In this document: positions 29,564 to 44,416 of the stretch, in pieces
Layout of the letters: the number at the start of each line of letters is the position of its first letter
Numbering within the stretch: the stretch's first letter is position 1
NCBI GenBank assembly: GCA_964016885.1
Contig: OZ024750.1
Coordinates: 10,726,001-10,790,000, forward strand
DNA: 64,000 bases
Origin: Eledone cirrhosa
Taxonomy: Eukaryota
Direction of reading: 5' to 3'
Position numbers and translations under genes: made by a program
The notes under the pieces: generated by a model
Databases searched by the model: none
What the model saw: only the letters and a program-made list of their open reading frames with translations
Told to the model about the DNA's origin: nothing

Positions 29564-30020
29564 TGAGAAACAAATGCAAATGGAGAAATCGGTTGTGCAG
29601 TCAGTTCATCGTCAGCTAACCTTTTATTGCATAGGGATTGACTTTTATATAAATAATTATATAAAATTGCTATTATAGATTCGTGTCTGTAATGATTACG
29701 ATTATATATAAGGACATATATTGAACATTTTCAAACAAAGACTTTTATTACCTTCTCTAAAACAAAACGATTGTCAAATTATCATATTTTATTGCTAGCA
29801 AATCTTTGCTCTTCATACGATTGATTTGAATATACTATACCGAAAAGATGTTTCACAGTAAAGTGGTGGTGAAATCGTGAGACTGTCAGAGAAAATACTT
29901 TCAGTTTTTTAAGTTCTTAGTTTAAATTCTATCAGAGTTGATTATATTCCTCACTTTTCTGGGTTAATACAATAGAATATTTCTGAAGAGGAAATATCAT
30001 TATGAAAAGAATAAGCACCG

Positions 30021-30088
<68 letters not shown>

Positions 30089-30184
30089 AGGGGGTGTAAC
30101 TTGGAGTTACTGCAGGTTCACCCGGGAGAGCACTCGATGTTTAGGTTCACTTCTGTGATGAGGTGTAGAGCTATACAGAGTGTA

Positions 30185-30379
30185 ATATATTGAAAGGATA
30201 ACAAGGACGATTGATTACTCCTTCATTGCATTTATTGATAGGTGACGCGCTGCCGATTATTGAGTCGGGTAGGATCGATACAGATCTAACCTTGAGCTGA
30301 TCAGTGGCGAAACGCGCGTCACCTACCAATAAATGCAATGAAGGAGTAATCAATCGTCCTTGTTATCCTTTCAATATAT
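30185..30379. repeat. Inverted repeat (~65-bp arms) with half-hammerhead GAAACGCGCGTC and AATAAA tail
   Basis: Arms ATATATTGAAAGGATAACAAGG...GGTGACGCGC and GCGCGTCACC...CCTTGTTATCCTTTCAATATAT. Confidence 0.9.
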
Positions 30380-30393
30380 ATATATATATATAT

Positions 30394-30598
30394 AACGAAG
30401 GAAATGTGGTAAGGAACCAGGTGGACCATAACGCACCAAAGTACTCAATACTTAGGGTAGTAGAGTGGGTAATAGGAACAAGTAAGACCCCGACGGCTGA
30501 GCGCAAGCCGTTTCGACGGCTAATTCTGTACTCTAATTCAGTACAGAATTAGCCGTCGAAACGGCTTGAGCTCAGCCGTCGGGGTCTTACTTGTTCCT
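30394..30598 (-). mobile_element. Family H fold-back element, copy 4
   Basis: Same hairpin plus tail inside (TA)n. Confidence 0.85.
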
Positions 30599-30646
30599 AT
30601 ATATATGTTAAGTATTTCCGTGGGAAAGGTAAAGGAAAGAAGAGTG

Positions 30647-30706
<60 letters not shown>

Positions 30707-30821
30707 CCCTAATCTTACATTTTCATTCTGTGCGTACATGAATTTTTTTTCCTCTATTTTATTTCAGCCTCACTTTCATTTATAATAGATTTTAATTTCA
30801 TATCTTATATCCAAGTTAAAG

Positions 30822-30895
30822 ATTCCTATCTGATGAACGGATTCAGACGCCTCTGTTAGAATCTTCTGCCTTCGTGAAACCTTGGGTAATGGAAT
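30822..30895 (+). ncRNA. Type I hammerhead ribozyme, complete core
   Basis: ATTCCTAT-CTGATGA-ACGGA...TTCGT-GAAAC-C-TTG-G-GTA^ATGGAAT. Stem I ATTCC(T)AT/ATGGAAT, stem II ACGGA/TTCGT, stem III ACC/GGT. Confidence 0.75.
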
Positions 30896-30948
30896 AATTA
30901 TATTGTGTTGTTTATTACATAATATATACATTATATATATATATATAC

Positions 30949-30983
<35 letters not shown>

Positions 30984-30987
<4 letters not shown>

Positions 30988-31171
30988 ACTCGGGATCCTG
31001 ACGGCTGAGCTCCGGCCGTTTCGACAGCTAGATCCAGACTAAATCGCCAGTATTCGAACGGCGGGAATCTAGCCGTCGGGGTCCTGACTCTTTTCCTATT
31101 ACCCACTCTACCACCCCAAGTATCGAGTACTCTGGTAGGTTATGGTCCACCTGGTATTTTACCACACCCTT

Positions 31172-31175
<4 letters not shown>
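30984..31175 (+). mobile_element. Family H fold-back element, copy 5 (internal deletion in right arm)
   Basis: Right arm reads ATCTAGC^CGTCGGGG, lacking the GAAAC segment; tail intact. Confidence 0.8.
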
Positions 31176-31219
<44 letters not shown>

Positions 31220-31880
31220 GTTATTCCGGGTTGAATCGGAGGTAACCACAGTAAGTAAGGTACTCAATACATTGCAGAGTATAAACGTTTTAATATAGAT
31301 GAGTCTTGTAGAATCTTGTAGTCCTGTAGAATCTCATCTATATATATATATGCCGAGAACGAGATTTTACATATCTTTATACCCATTCTGCATCTCCCCA
31401 TGCCTTGGGTACTCCCATGATTAGTGGTCTCACCGGTCTCAGCACCGCAGAATCCTATACACACACTCACACACTCACACACTCACACACTCACCCCCAC
31501 ACACATGTACATACTATATATATTCTCAAGAGTTCTAGTGTGTGACAGAAGAGAGATACACACAATCTTGATAAAGGGCAATAACCCAGAAACAATATTG
31601 TCGATTGTTTCTCTCTGTCACCGCTAGAACAAAAGGATGGCGATGATCATTCTAAAACACATAGCGTAGTGAGGCTGCTTGTTTGCAAACGAATCCGATC
31701 AAATAAAGTACCAGTAATACACTGAGATAATTGCTGGCCTTGTGCCAAAAGTAGAAACAATTATCATTTGATATAAAACTCACGAATTCATTTACGTACC
31801 CGCTATGCTAGAACGAAAAACTGAAGAGGGAGATATATTTATCACTCACTCAATCAATCTAATATATATATATATACAGA

Positions 31881-31918
<38 letters not shown>

Positions 31919-33034
31919 ATGAAGGGTAATTGCATAAGATCATCAATTTAAGGAGCAGGAAAGCCGTCCTATTTAAACCTGTCATCCTTCTTCATTTCAA
32001 ACAAAACCCATCGTTTAAGATATTTTCTCAAACCACTTCTCAAACCACTACCACCTCCATACCACCACAGTTATCGCTACAATAGTGGTGGTGGTGGTGG
32101 TGATGGTTGTGGTGGTGGGCTGGGGGTTGTGGTGTATGTGGTGGTGGTGGTGGTGGTGGTGATGGCGTTGTTGGTGATTATGGTAGTGGTGGATGTGGTG
32201 ATGGTGGTTGTGGTGGTGGTGGTGGTGGGTGTGATGGTAGTATGATGATGATCTTAATGGTGTTGTTGGTGATTATGGTAGTGGTGGCTGTGGTGGTGGT
32301 GGTGGTTGTGGTGGTGGTTATGGTGGTTGTGGTGGTTGTGGTGGGTGTGATGGTATATGATGATGATGTTAATGGTGTTGATGGTGATTGTGGTAGTGGT
32401 TGTGGTTGTCGTAGTGGTGGGGGTGATTGTGGTAGTGGTTGTGGTTGTCGTGGTGGTGGGGGTGATTGTGGTAGTGGTTGTGGTTGTCGTGGTGGTGGGG
32501 GTGATTGTGGTAGTGGTTGTGGTTGTCGTGGTGGTGGTGTTGGTAGTGGTGTTAGTGGTGGTGGTGGTGGTGATGAAGTTGGTGGTGGATGTGGTGGTGG
32601 TGAAGTTGGTAGTGGTAGATGTGGTGGTAGTGATGATGTTGGCGGTGGTGGTAGTGAAGATGGTGGTGGTGATGATAGTGGTGTTATTGTTGTTGGTGTG
32701 GTGCTGGTGGTGGTGGTGGTGATGTTGGTGGTGATGATAGTAATGGTGTTGTTGGTGATTGTAGAAGTGGTAGTGGTTGTGGTGGTAGTGGTGAAAGATG
32801 TGAAAGAGGATGAGGTGGGGGTCTCTGAAGGGTGGTGGGGTCTTGAAAGGGTGGTGAGGTGTCTCTGAAGGGGTGGTGGGTGTCTCAGAAGGGGGTGGTG
32901 TGGAAGCAAGACGGGGTAACTGCTGCAACTTCGGTCTTAAATCCTCACCCTGGTATCTCAATGTCCGCTTTTCTACTTCGTTTCGTTGCGTGTTTTAGAG
33001 GAAACTTTATTGCATGTATCTACGTCATTGCCTT

Positions 33035-33157
<123 letters not shown>

Positions 33158-33168
33158 CCGTATATGTA

Positions 33169-33207
<39 letters not shown>

Positions 33208-33286
33208 CCGTATATGTATGTTTGTGTGTGTGTGTGAGTTTTGTGTATGTTTGTGTGTGTGTGTATATGAATGTTTGTGTGTGTGC

Positions 33287-33318
<32 letters not shown>

Positions 33319-33763
33319 GTGTTTTGTGATGAGTTTATTGTGCATGAATGTGTGTATATTGTATGTGTGTATGTTTGTGTGTGTGTGAGTGATTGTATTG
33401 TGTATGTTTGTATGTGTGTGTATATGTGTGTGTGTGTGATTGTATTGTGTATGTTTGTGTGTGTGTGTGTGTGTATGTTTGTAACTACTCTTTATCTTCT
33501 TTCCGTTCTTCTATATTTTACCATCGTCAATGGCAGACGTCGAAGGAGCGGAAATGACGACACAGACATAAATGATGACACACACACATAAATGATGACA
33601 CACACACATAAATGATGACACACACACACGTAAATGAATTAAAACACTCTTAACTTTTCCTAGTTAAACTTTTATATCCGTTGGCTGTCTTTTACGATTT
33701 ACTTTCGAATGGCTGGCAAAAAACCTGTTTGACAAGGAGCAAGAAATGAAGAGAGAGAGAGAA

Positions 33764-33850
<87 letters not shown>

Positions 33851-33995
33851 ACGTAGGAGACAGAACCAGGTGGATGAATTATGAGAAAAGTGAGAGAAAG
33901 AAAGATAGAGATGCGGGAGAGATAAAGAAGGAGAGAGATGGGGGAGAGAGAGATGGGGAGAGAGAGAGATGGGAGAGATAGTGAGATATATAGAG

Positions 33996-34064
<69 letters not shown>

Positions 34065-34849
34065 AAAGTAGACTGACAGATAGATATAGTATTGGAGAAA
34101 GAAAGAGAGGGAGGGATTCGACACATGAAATAAAGTGAAAAATTATAAAAGTAAAACTTAAGCGAGAGATAAAGAAAAGAGACGTGAGGGTGGGTTGAGA
34201 AGTCTGAAGAAGTCTGATTGTAGACATGGTATAGCTGGATAAATTATCAGGGACAAGTGATGGAGAGAGTAAAACTATCGAAAGAAGAAAACAGTAGAGA
34301 GAGAAAGAGTATTGGGGACAGAGGGTAGATATATATAAATTAAAAGAAAAATAAGAGAGAAAACACTGCGTTTCTTTCTATCATATATTCATTAACGTTT
34401 TTGAATTAACTTCTTTATGGTCTTTGGGCGTTTGTAGAGGATTCAAATAGGTTCAAAGTTTTCAAGAGAGATCTACAGTTTGGGTAAACAAATCCTCACT
34501 TCCACACATCAGCTTCGAAGACCCTAACCATATTAAGGGATATAGGCGCTGCCCTAGCCCCCTTGACGATGTGATACGTATAAATACCAAGATATGTACA
34601 CAGACAAAGACACGTAGATAAATCACAGATATATACATTCATAAAAGATGTGCATATTACATACATACACAACCCTCGCAAACGTATATCCAGACACAGA
34701 AACACAGCTTTATTTTATACCTATAATAGACACATATACACATTGCATACATATTAGCATACACATGTATACATACATATATAGGGATAATGTGAGAGTA
34801 TGTATGCATATATTGCATATATCTATACATATATACATTCATACAAACA

Positions 34850-34899
<50 letters not shown>

Positions 34900-34908
34900 T
34901 ATATCTCT

Positions 34909-34951
<43 letters not shown>

Positions 34952-35095
34952 TATATAAATATATATATATATATGAGTGTATACACACACATATATATAC
35001 ATATATATTCATAAACAATATAAAAAATGAAAACAAATGAATATTAAAAATAATAAAAAATAACTGCTTCTTGCAGCGGGAGAATGAAGCAATGA

Positions 35096-35153
<58 letters not shown>

Positions 35154-35221
35154 CACACATATATACATACATATAAACATATATATATATATATATACAC
35201 ATATATATATACATACATATA

Positions 35222-35265
<44 letters not shown>

Positions 35266-35569
35266 TATACACATATATATATACACACATATATATACAC
35301 ATATATATATACACACATATATATACACATATATATACACACATATATACATACATATATACACACACATATATATATACATATATATATACACACATAT
35401 ATATATATACATATATATATATACACACACACATATATATATATACATATATATATACATATATATATATACATATATATATATGCATATATATATAGAT
35501 ATGTATATATATATACACACACATATATATATATATACATATATATATATGCATATATATATTGATATG

Positions 35570-35649
<80 letters not shown>

Positions 35650-36076
35650 CATCAATAAAAGTCAAAGACAAAGACAAAGACAATATGGCAGAAAAATATG
35701 TAAAAATGAGGAAAGAGCTGGACTGAAAGAAGAAAATTAGGTTTTAACAACTCAATTAGGTGTCCACCATTAGACATAAACGGAGCTGCAATTTTTCATC
35801 TATTTGTCCGTATCGTAACGTCGTAACGGCAACTTGAACCATGAAGTTTTCTTAATAATACTGTCATTCTCTGGGTCAGTTTTCTCCTAATCACAGTACT
35901 GCTGCTGGTGATGATAGTGAGTCATAGATAGATTTTCGCTTGGCTATCCAATCGTTAGTGTATATTGAAAGTCAGACCGAGTCAGACGAACACTTCACAA
36001 ACAGTCCATGTCTCATTAGCAATAACAGCTTAGTCGTCTCTTTCATATTAACCACACACACACACACACACACACA

Positions 36077-36115
<39 letters not shown>

Positions 36116-36224
36116 ATATATACACACACACATATATATATATATACATACGTACGTATATACTAAAGTACATACGTACATACGCACATACAAATATACA
36201 TGCATACATACACATATACATACA

Positions 36225-36305
<81 letters not shown>

Positions 36306-36400
36306 CAGACACAAACTCATATATATATATATATATATATATATGAGTTTGTGTCTATATATGTGTATGTCTGTGGATATGTCTACCTTGCTCTCTTTTT

Positions 36401-36473
<73 letters not shown>

Positions 36474-36829
36474 ACACCACTCAAGTAGAAACAGACACAC
36501 ATAAAAGACAGTAATAAATACATATTCAAGATAGAAAGCAATACACACACGTTCCACAAATGTGTCTCTATTCCGTCTGTCAATATATTTATTTACGTAT
36601 ACGTCTGTGAATGAAGTGATTAAACATATATACAGACATATATATACATAACCAACTCTTTCTAGTTATCAAAAAACCACTCAGTACTGTGAGTCTCTCC
36701 CCCTGTTTCTCTCTCATCTTCTTATCTCTCATAGTACAAATGCTATATTTCAACAATTTATGTAATGTCGGTATCTAACGAAAACGTTAGATACCGACAT
36801 TAATTGAGGAAAATATTTTTTGGTAAGAT

Positions 36830-37175
36830 GTATGTATGGTCCTGTAACTCCTGATAGAGCCGAAGGGGTGCCGTTTGGCATACGGCATTTCTTGGGCATT
36901 CTAAGCCTGGCGGAGCACATTCCTCGCCAAACCTGAGTACAGCAGATTTCTTCTAGAGAGAAAGATATAAAGTGAAAGAGAGAGGAAATGGGAAAGAGAT
37001 GTAGAGGAAAAATCGACCCCAGTACTAGATAGGTTCTTTTTTTATCGACCTCAAAAGGATGAAAGGCAAAGTTGACCTCGGCAAGATTTGAACTCCGAGA
37101 GCAGAGAAGCGGAACGGATATCATAAACCATTCTCCCCGACGCTCTAACGACTCTAAGGCCAATTCGTCGCCTTT
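36830..37175 (-). mobile_element. SINE A-related element with alternative long 3' tail
   Basis: Head and central domain resemble SINE A; the distinct ~180-nt tail is shared with 61586-61918. Confidence 0.7.
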
Positions 37176-38275
37176 TATGATTATTATAACGTACAAATCG
37201 ATAAATCTCGGTTATTAAATGAGCATAAAAATACACAAATCTGAAGAAAAAGTAATTAATCTTATCAATATACATATATTTAATGAGCAAACACATAGAT
37301 ATTTCAATAAGGATTCAGAGTATTTGTATAGGAAACGTGTTTTCCAGTTCGAAGTAACAATATCTAAAGAGGACGTTAGTATTATATCGGTTTTCTGTCA
37401 ATGTGAAAACTGTTATCAATTGAATGCATTGAGGGAAACTTTCCTGCAACGAACATTTCTATAAAATGGACAAGAATATTTTTGTTAATTTCTGCTGGAC
37501 GTGAATATATTGACCAATTTCTGTGCAATGTATTCAGCATGTTTTCATATGACAGAATTCTTCCTATTAAAGAATGGAAAATAATGGTGCAGAGGAAATA
37601 GTCGTCTTAATTAGAAATCTTCGCTTGAGAGAAAATCAACATTTGGTTCGATAGTGATGGCATGTATATTGTATGAAGAATATAAGTTATTACAGCAGAA
37701 ATTTGTGTTGGAGGAGTATAAACACAGAAAAGTCATAAAGTCTACGAGGTTTATAAATCTGTATTTTGTTACAAGTTTATATCTGCATAAAGGATAAATT
37801 GTGTAAAAGAAAGAGTTATATTTTAGCTTCTTCGAAATGACCTCTGACCTGTTCTAGTTGGGTGGGTTCATTTTGGCATAACACACAACCATTTCTGATA
37901 CTGTTACAACATGTATAGATTTTGCCAATTTGATGACAATGTAATTGAGGTTAGATTAAGTATTAGATGAGCATCGGAAACGAATTCAAGATTTTAAAGA
38001 ATACCATAAACAGTATGAGATCAGGAAATCTGTGAGATTATCAAGTCTGTTTCTCAATTACATTGTCGAGAGTTTAATATTATCGCGTGGTTCCTTAGAC
38101 AAATGTTGGTTCTGCTATAGCTCGGTACCAACTAAACTCTTGTGAAAGAAGTTTGCTAAATGAAAGCATACATCTGTATATACAGAAACACACTCACAAA
38201 CACGTCTCACCGGTGAAACGGCCGTAACTGTGCATGATCAATAAAAAACCTTAATGTGAAACCTCGTTTTGTTCT

Positions 38276-38350
<75 letters not shown>

Positions 38351-38351
<1 letters not shown>

Positions 38352-38540
38352 CAGATACGGTGTGGCAAAAAAACCAGGTGGACCATATACCACCAGGGTA
38401 CTTGATACTTGGGGTAGTAAAGTGGGTAATATGAAAAAATTCAGGACCCCGACGGCTGAGCTCCGGCCGTTTCGACAGCTAGATCTGAACTCGGATCTAG
38501 CTGTTGAAAAGGCCGGAGTCGGGGTCCTGAATCTTTTCCT
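38351..38540 (-). mobile_element. Family H fold-back element, copy 6
   Basis: Hairpin plus tail with a small deletion in one arm. Confidence 0.8.
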
Positions 38541-39799
38541 ATATATATATATATATAGACAGATTTTGCTCCTATGTCTGACAGGCTGAGTTACCATACA
38601 CATGATTCTTTGTTAGCTCATCGACCATCTTTACACAGACATTATATATTTTTTGTTATCTGAAAGGCGTCTTATAATATTTTATTAAGAAACATCTGAA
38701 GAAGATTTTTCTTGAGTTACTGCAACTTCATTACATCAAAACATTCAATCGTATTCCATATATTTGGAAAGCCTTTAATTAAATATAATTGATAATTTCA
38801 CATGAATTACAAAACTGAAAGTATACAATTGAGTCTGAGAGCAATAAAATAGTTTCAATTGATTTATTTCAAGTTTCTGAATCATAAATAATTGTTTAAT
38901 TACTTCCAACATGTTTCAGAAGAATTTTGACATATTGTTGTTGTTGTAAACTGCGTTGTTGTTGTTGATGATGATGTCTAAATCAGCCCACTTGATTCAT
39001 AGCAACTGTGAAGGTGTAAATCAATCCAGTCGGGACCATCTTGTATTTTCTCCAACCACAGTGCCAGAAGTTAGAATCATATTGTCCTATTCTAAGATGA
39101 TACGGAGCACATTTGAAATATTTGTCGCTATTTCTAATAGGTCGAGTCCTCATAAAGATATATTTGTACTTTACTAATTCCTACTAACAAAATGACTAAA
39201 ATCTTACTATATTTGGCGATGAGGTTGGCAGAATGAGTAGGGTGTCATAAAAATACCTTTGTGGATTTAGTTAAATCTATGTTACGTCCTCAGTTTAAAT
39301 CTCATTGTGTTCAAATTTGTTTTTCGTTCTTTCTTGGATCGATAAGAAAAACGTGTTAGTCAAGTTGATTTTCTTCTTAAATTGTTGACCTTGTGCCCTA
39401 AATTAGGAATCAATATTTCTTTGGTCTAAATATCGACCAAAGACATCTTATGTACGATGTAGTTGAAATTATGTAGTCTAAATTATGATACATCTTTGAA
39501 GTATAAAGTATGATATATCTTAGGAATATTGACTCATTTTTGCAAAGAAGGAATAAATATATTGATATATGGAGGAAGAATTTGAGGCGATTTTGTATTG
39601 TGATGACAACCGAATGGGAGATATGATTCGAACTAGAAAAACAGTATATTGCTTAGAAAGAACAGATATGCCCGATACAAGAAAAAGAGGAATATTTTGC
39701 AAGTAAAAAAACCTTAAATACAGTCGGGCAACTGCACTGTGTTACATATAAACCGTCGCATTCATATTATACACATATTTTGCTTTACCTGTGTGTGTG

Positions 39800-39834
<35 letters not shown>

Positions 39835-39875
39835 CGAAACATAAGTCAATTGCATGAACTCATAATCCTTTATTT

Positions 39876-39931
39876 ACTGCTATATATATTTCGATGATAG
39901 CCATTGAATGGCTATGACCTCATCAGGCAGT
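39876..39931 (-). ncRNA. Type I hammerhead ribozyme with minimal palindromic stem III
   Basis: Minus strand reads ACTGC-CTGATGA-GGT-C-ATAGCCAT-TCA-ATGGCTAT-C-ATC-GAAA-TATATA-TA^GCAGT, followed by AATAAA. Confidence 0.85.
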
Positions 39932-40154
39932 TAGTCAGTTCTTAGATATGCCAGCTGTGTGTGTATAGTGTTGATGGTATCAGAGCCTTGGGACATATGA
40001 GCTTGTTAGGAATATTTTGATGTTAGCAGCAGGAATAGTCTTGATTCTCATTGGTCAGTTTGTAGATGGTAGTAGGTTGGTATTTGACCTCAAAGAGGCA
40101 GGTGGTTCTGTAGGGATGACTGATTTTCACAAAAGGCATTCTTGGTCAGATATA

Positions 40155-40278
40155 TTTTTAAATAAGGATAATAGTATGAAATAGATACTACAGGTCATTC
40201 TTAAATTGAGGAATTTATGTGGAGTGGTGCTACTGAAAAAGTTTACAAATAAATAAATAGTAGAAAGTTTACAAATAA

Positions 40279-40330
<52 letters not shown>

Positions 40331-40437
40331 TTGTAAAATTTCTACTCCAACCATAATTTTTCAGTAGCACCACTCCACATAGATTCCTCAATTTAAGAAT
40401 GACCTGTAGTATCTAATTCATAATATTATCCTTATTT

Positions 40438-40442
<5 letters not shown>
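40155..40442. repeat. Inverted repeat (~85-bp arms) with nested palindrome centred on (TA)n
   Basis: TTTTTAAATAAGG...GCTACTGAAAAA pairs with TTTTTCAGTAGC...CCTTATTTAAAAA. Inner arms are AGTAGAAAGTTTACAAATAAATA and TATTTATTTGTAAAATTTCTACT. Confidence 0.85.
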
Positions 40443-40511
<69 letters not shown>

Positions 40512-40525
40512 CGAAAGAGAGAGAG

Positions 40526-40566
<41 letters not shown>

Positions 40567-40707
40567 TTATATGTGTGTGCGTGGTGTACTAATGTATAAT
40601 ATACACAAATATGTCCGTAGAGTTATATTGTCGGGGATGCTTCGGAAAATTGGATAGACTTCTGATTGGTTTAGCTTGACTCTGGTAGTTATGGATACAG
40701 AAGAGAT

Positions 40708-40742
<35 letters not shown>

Positions 40743-41153
40743 AAGCAGAGGAAAAAAGAAAGAAAATATATTTTAAAAAAAATAACGAAGAAGAATCATT
40801 TACAAGGTTGGAAGGGTATTTAATGGGACGTTACTATATGTTGACGTAGTTGGAGAAAGAAAGAAAAAAATACGAGAAGAGAGAAAAGAACGCAGCAGAA
40901 GTCTTACTGTGGAAAGAGGAGATTGGTAATCTTCACGTTGATAGTGGGTTACAGGGCCGAAAAACTATCGGTATTGTCTGCTGTTATGAATGCCTCGCTA
41001 ATGAAAGATGGCTGCGTCTTGCGTCTATCACTGACTACATGCGTGTTTCTGTTTAAGTTCTATATCATTACAGGTGTATGTGGGGACTAGGGGGAGGGGA
41101 TTGTGAGCGGTGAAATATGTTGGTTGTGGTGAAGTTGAGGGCAGCGGAGGGTG

Positions 41154-41226
<73 letters not shown>

Positions 41227-41248
41227 CACACACACATATATATATATA

Positions 41249-41315
<67 letters not shown>

Positions 41316-41460
41316 CATATGTTAGTACAGACATATACACCTATACATATACATATATATATATATATATATAATTATATGCATATGTCTGTATATGTAA
41401 ACACGTACATATGTACGTCCACACAAACATGCGCGCGCGAGCACGCACACACACATACAT

Positions 41461-41508
<48 letters not shown>

Positions 41509-41512
<4 letters not shown>

Positions 41513-41570
41513 CAGTCGGGTCCCGACGGCTGAGCTCTTGCCATTTCGACAGCTAATTCCAGACTGGGGA
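41509..41570. mobile_element. Family H fragment, copy 7 (single arm)
   Basis: GGGTCCCGACGGCTGAGCTCTTGCCATTTCGACAGCTAATTCC within (TA)n. Confidence 0.7.
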
Positions 41571-41614
41571 TAAAACCTATATACATAACTAAATATATAT
41601 ATATAAATTTATAT

Positions 41615-41666
<52 letters not shown>

Positions 41667-42548
41667 TTATATATATATATATATGTATATAAATTTATAT
41701 ATATATATATATATATAAAATTTATATATATATATATATATATATATAAATTTATATATATATATATATGTATATAAATTTATATATATATATATATATA
41801 TAAAATTTATATATATATATATATATATATAAATTTTTATATATATATATATATAAATTTTTATATATATATATATATATAAATTTTTATATATATATAT
41901 ATATATAAATTTTTATATATATATATATAAATTTATATATATATAAATATATATATATATATTTATATATACATTTGTGTATATATATATATGTATATAT
42001 ATATATGCATATATATATATATGTATATATATATATGTATGTATATATATATATATATGTATGCATGTGTGTATGTATGTATGTGTGTATGTATGCGTGT
42101 GTGTGTGTGTGTGAATGTTTGTATATGCGCGTGTGTGTGTGTGAATGCTTGTATATGCGTGTGTATGTGAATGTACATGTACATGTCATAGTTAATTTAG
42201 TATTTCAGAATGGAAGATATAGTTTAATTGGGTAGCAGAGGGTAGAAATCAGCGATGTCTTTGCAGTGCCAGAGGGATTTTTGAGCTGGTAACAGAGAAC
42301 ATATTGGTAATGTAGCTTTTAGTATTGCACTACAGTAGCAGACATATTTTTGGTAGATTCAATAACCATATTTCTGTTAGTAGTATTCATAGTGATATTT
42401 TTAACTTTGCTATTATTGTCGATTTTTATATTTTTTATATTTTTTATATTGATGGCAGAACCACCACCACCACCACCACTACCACCATCATCATCATCCC
42501 TACCACCACCACCACCACCATCCCTACCACCACCACCACCATCCCTAC

Positions 42549-42583
<35 letters not shown>

Positions 42584-42859
42584 ACAACAACAACAACGCA
42601 GTTGTCCTCTATATCTTTTTCATGGCTGATGCTGTGTATGTTGTTGTTGCTCTTGTTTTGAGGATTATTGGCGTTAGTTTGTGCTGTTGTTGTTGTTGTT
42701 GTTGTTGTTGAACATGTCTATGCACCGTACGATGTTGAATTTACGTGGTTTAATGGAGAAGGACGTGGTGTAGATATTGGAGGTAACAAGGGTGGTATGT
42801 CCTAGTTTTCGATGGTAGCAGTAATGGCGGGGATGGTTTGATGGTTTGTCCTGGCTTTC

Positions 42860-43690
42860 GATGGTAGTGGGAGTGAAGGTGAGGATGGTATGTTCTTGGT
42901 TCCAATGGTAGTAGTAGTAGTAGCAGTAATGGTGAGGATGGTATGTTCTTGGTTCCAATGGTAGTAGTAGCAATAATAGCGGGGATGGTTTGTCCTAACT
43001 TTCAATGGTAGTTGTAGCAGTAATGGTGGGATGGTATGTTCTTGGTTCCAATGGTAGTAGTAGTAAAAGTGATGGTGACGATGGTTCGTTCTTGGTTCCA
43101 ATGATAGTAGTAATAGCAGTAATGGTGGGGATGGTATGTTCTTGGTTCCAATGGTAGTAGTAGTAAAAGTGATGGTGACGATGGTTCGTTCTTGGTTCCA
43201 ATGATAGTAGTAATAGCAGTAATGGTGGGGATGATATGTTCTTGGTTCCAATGATAGTAGTAGTAGCAGTAATGGCGGGGATGGTATGTTCTTGGTTCCA
43301 ATGATAGTAGTAGTAGCAGTAATGGTGGGATGGTATGTTCTTGGTTCCAATGATAGTAGTAGTAAAAGTGATGGTGACGATGGTTCGTTCTTGGTTCCAA
43401 TGATAGTAGTAGTAGCAGTAATGGTGGGATGGTATGTTCTTGGTTCCAATGGTAGTAGTAGTAAAAGTGATGGTGGGGATGGTATGTTCTTGGTTCCAAT
43501 GGTAGTAGTAGTAAAAGTGATGGTGGGGATGGTATGTTCTTGGTTCCAATGGTAGTAGTAGTAAAAGTGATGGTGGGGATGGTATGTTCTTGGTTCCAAT
43601 GGTAGTAGTAGTAGCAGTAATGGTGGGGATGGTATGTTCTTGGTTCCAATGGTAGTAGTAGTAGCAGTAATGGCGGGGATGGTGTTGCCC
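42860..43690. repeat. ~50-bp minisatellite
   Basis: Unit GATGGTATGTTCTTGGTTCCAATGGTAGTAGTAGTAAAAGTGATGGTGGG, about 15 copies with variants. Confidence 0.9.
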
Positions 43691-43823
43691 CGCTATAATG
43701 ATAGTAATGGTTGGTTCAAGTGAAGGTATTGATGTTGTTCTTGTTGTTGCCATTGCTAATTCTTGTACAGTTATGGAGGTGGTAAATACCTAATGTACTT
43801 GGACATACACATATATATGTATA

Positions 43824-43901
<78 letters not shown>

Positions 43902-43911
43902 ATTGCATATA

Positions 43912-43948
<37 letters not shown>

Positions 43949-43955
43949 GCATATA

Positions 43956-43987
<32 letters not shown>

Positions 43988-43997
43988 ATTGCATATA

Positions 43998-44056
<59 letters not shown>

Positions 44057-44059
44057 ATA

Positions 44060-44104
<45 letters not shown>

Positions 44105-44107
44105 ATA

Positions 44108-44160
<53 letters not shown>

Positions 44161-44195
44161 ATATATATGTATATATATATGTATATATGTATATA

Positions 44196-44271
<76 letters not shown>

Positions 44272-44301
44272 ATTGCATATATATATATACATATATAAAA
44301 T

Positions 44302-44343
<42 letters not shown>

Positions 44344-44374
44344 TATATAAGTGTGTGTATTTGTGCATGCACAC

Positions 44375-44416
<42 letters not shown>

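Noticed and set aside
42802-43753. Repetitive ORFs and a CRISPR-like regular array
   Set aside because: This is a 50-bp minisatellite (not a multiple of 3) with no unique spacers and no cas genes, in a eukaryotic context.
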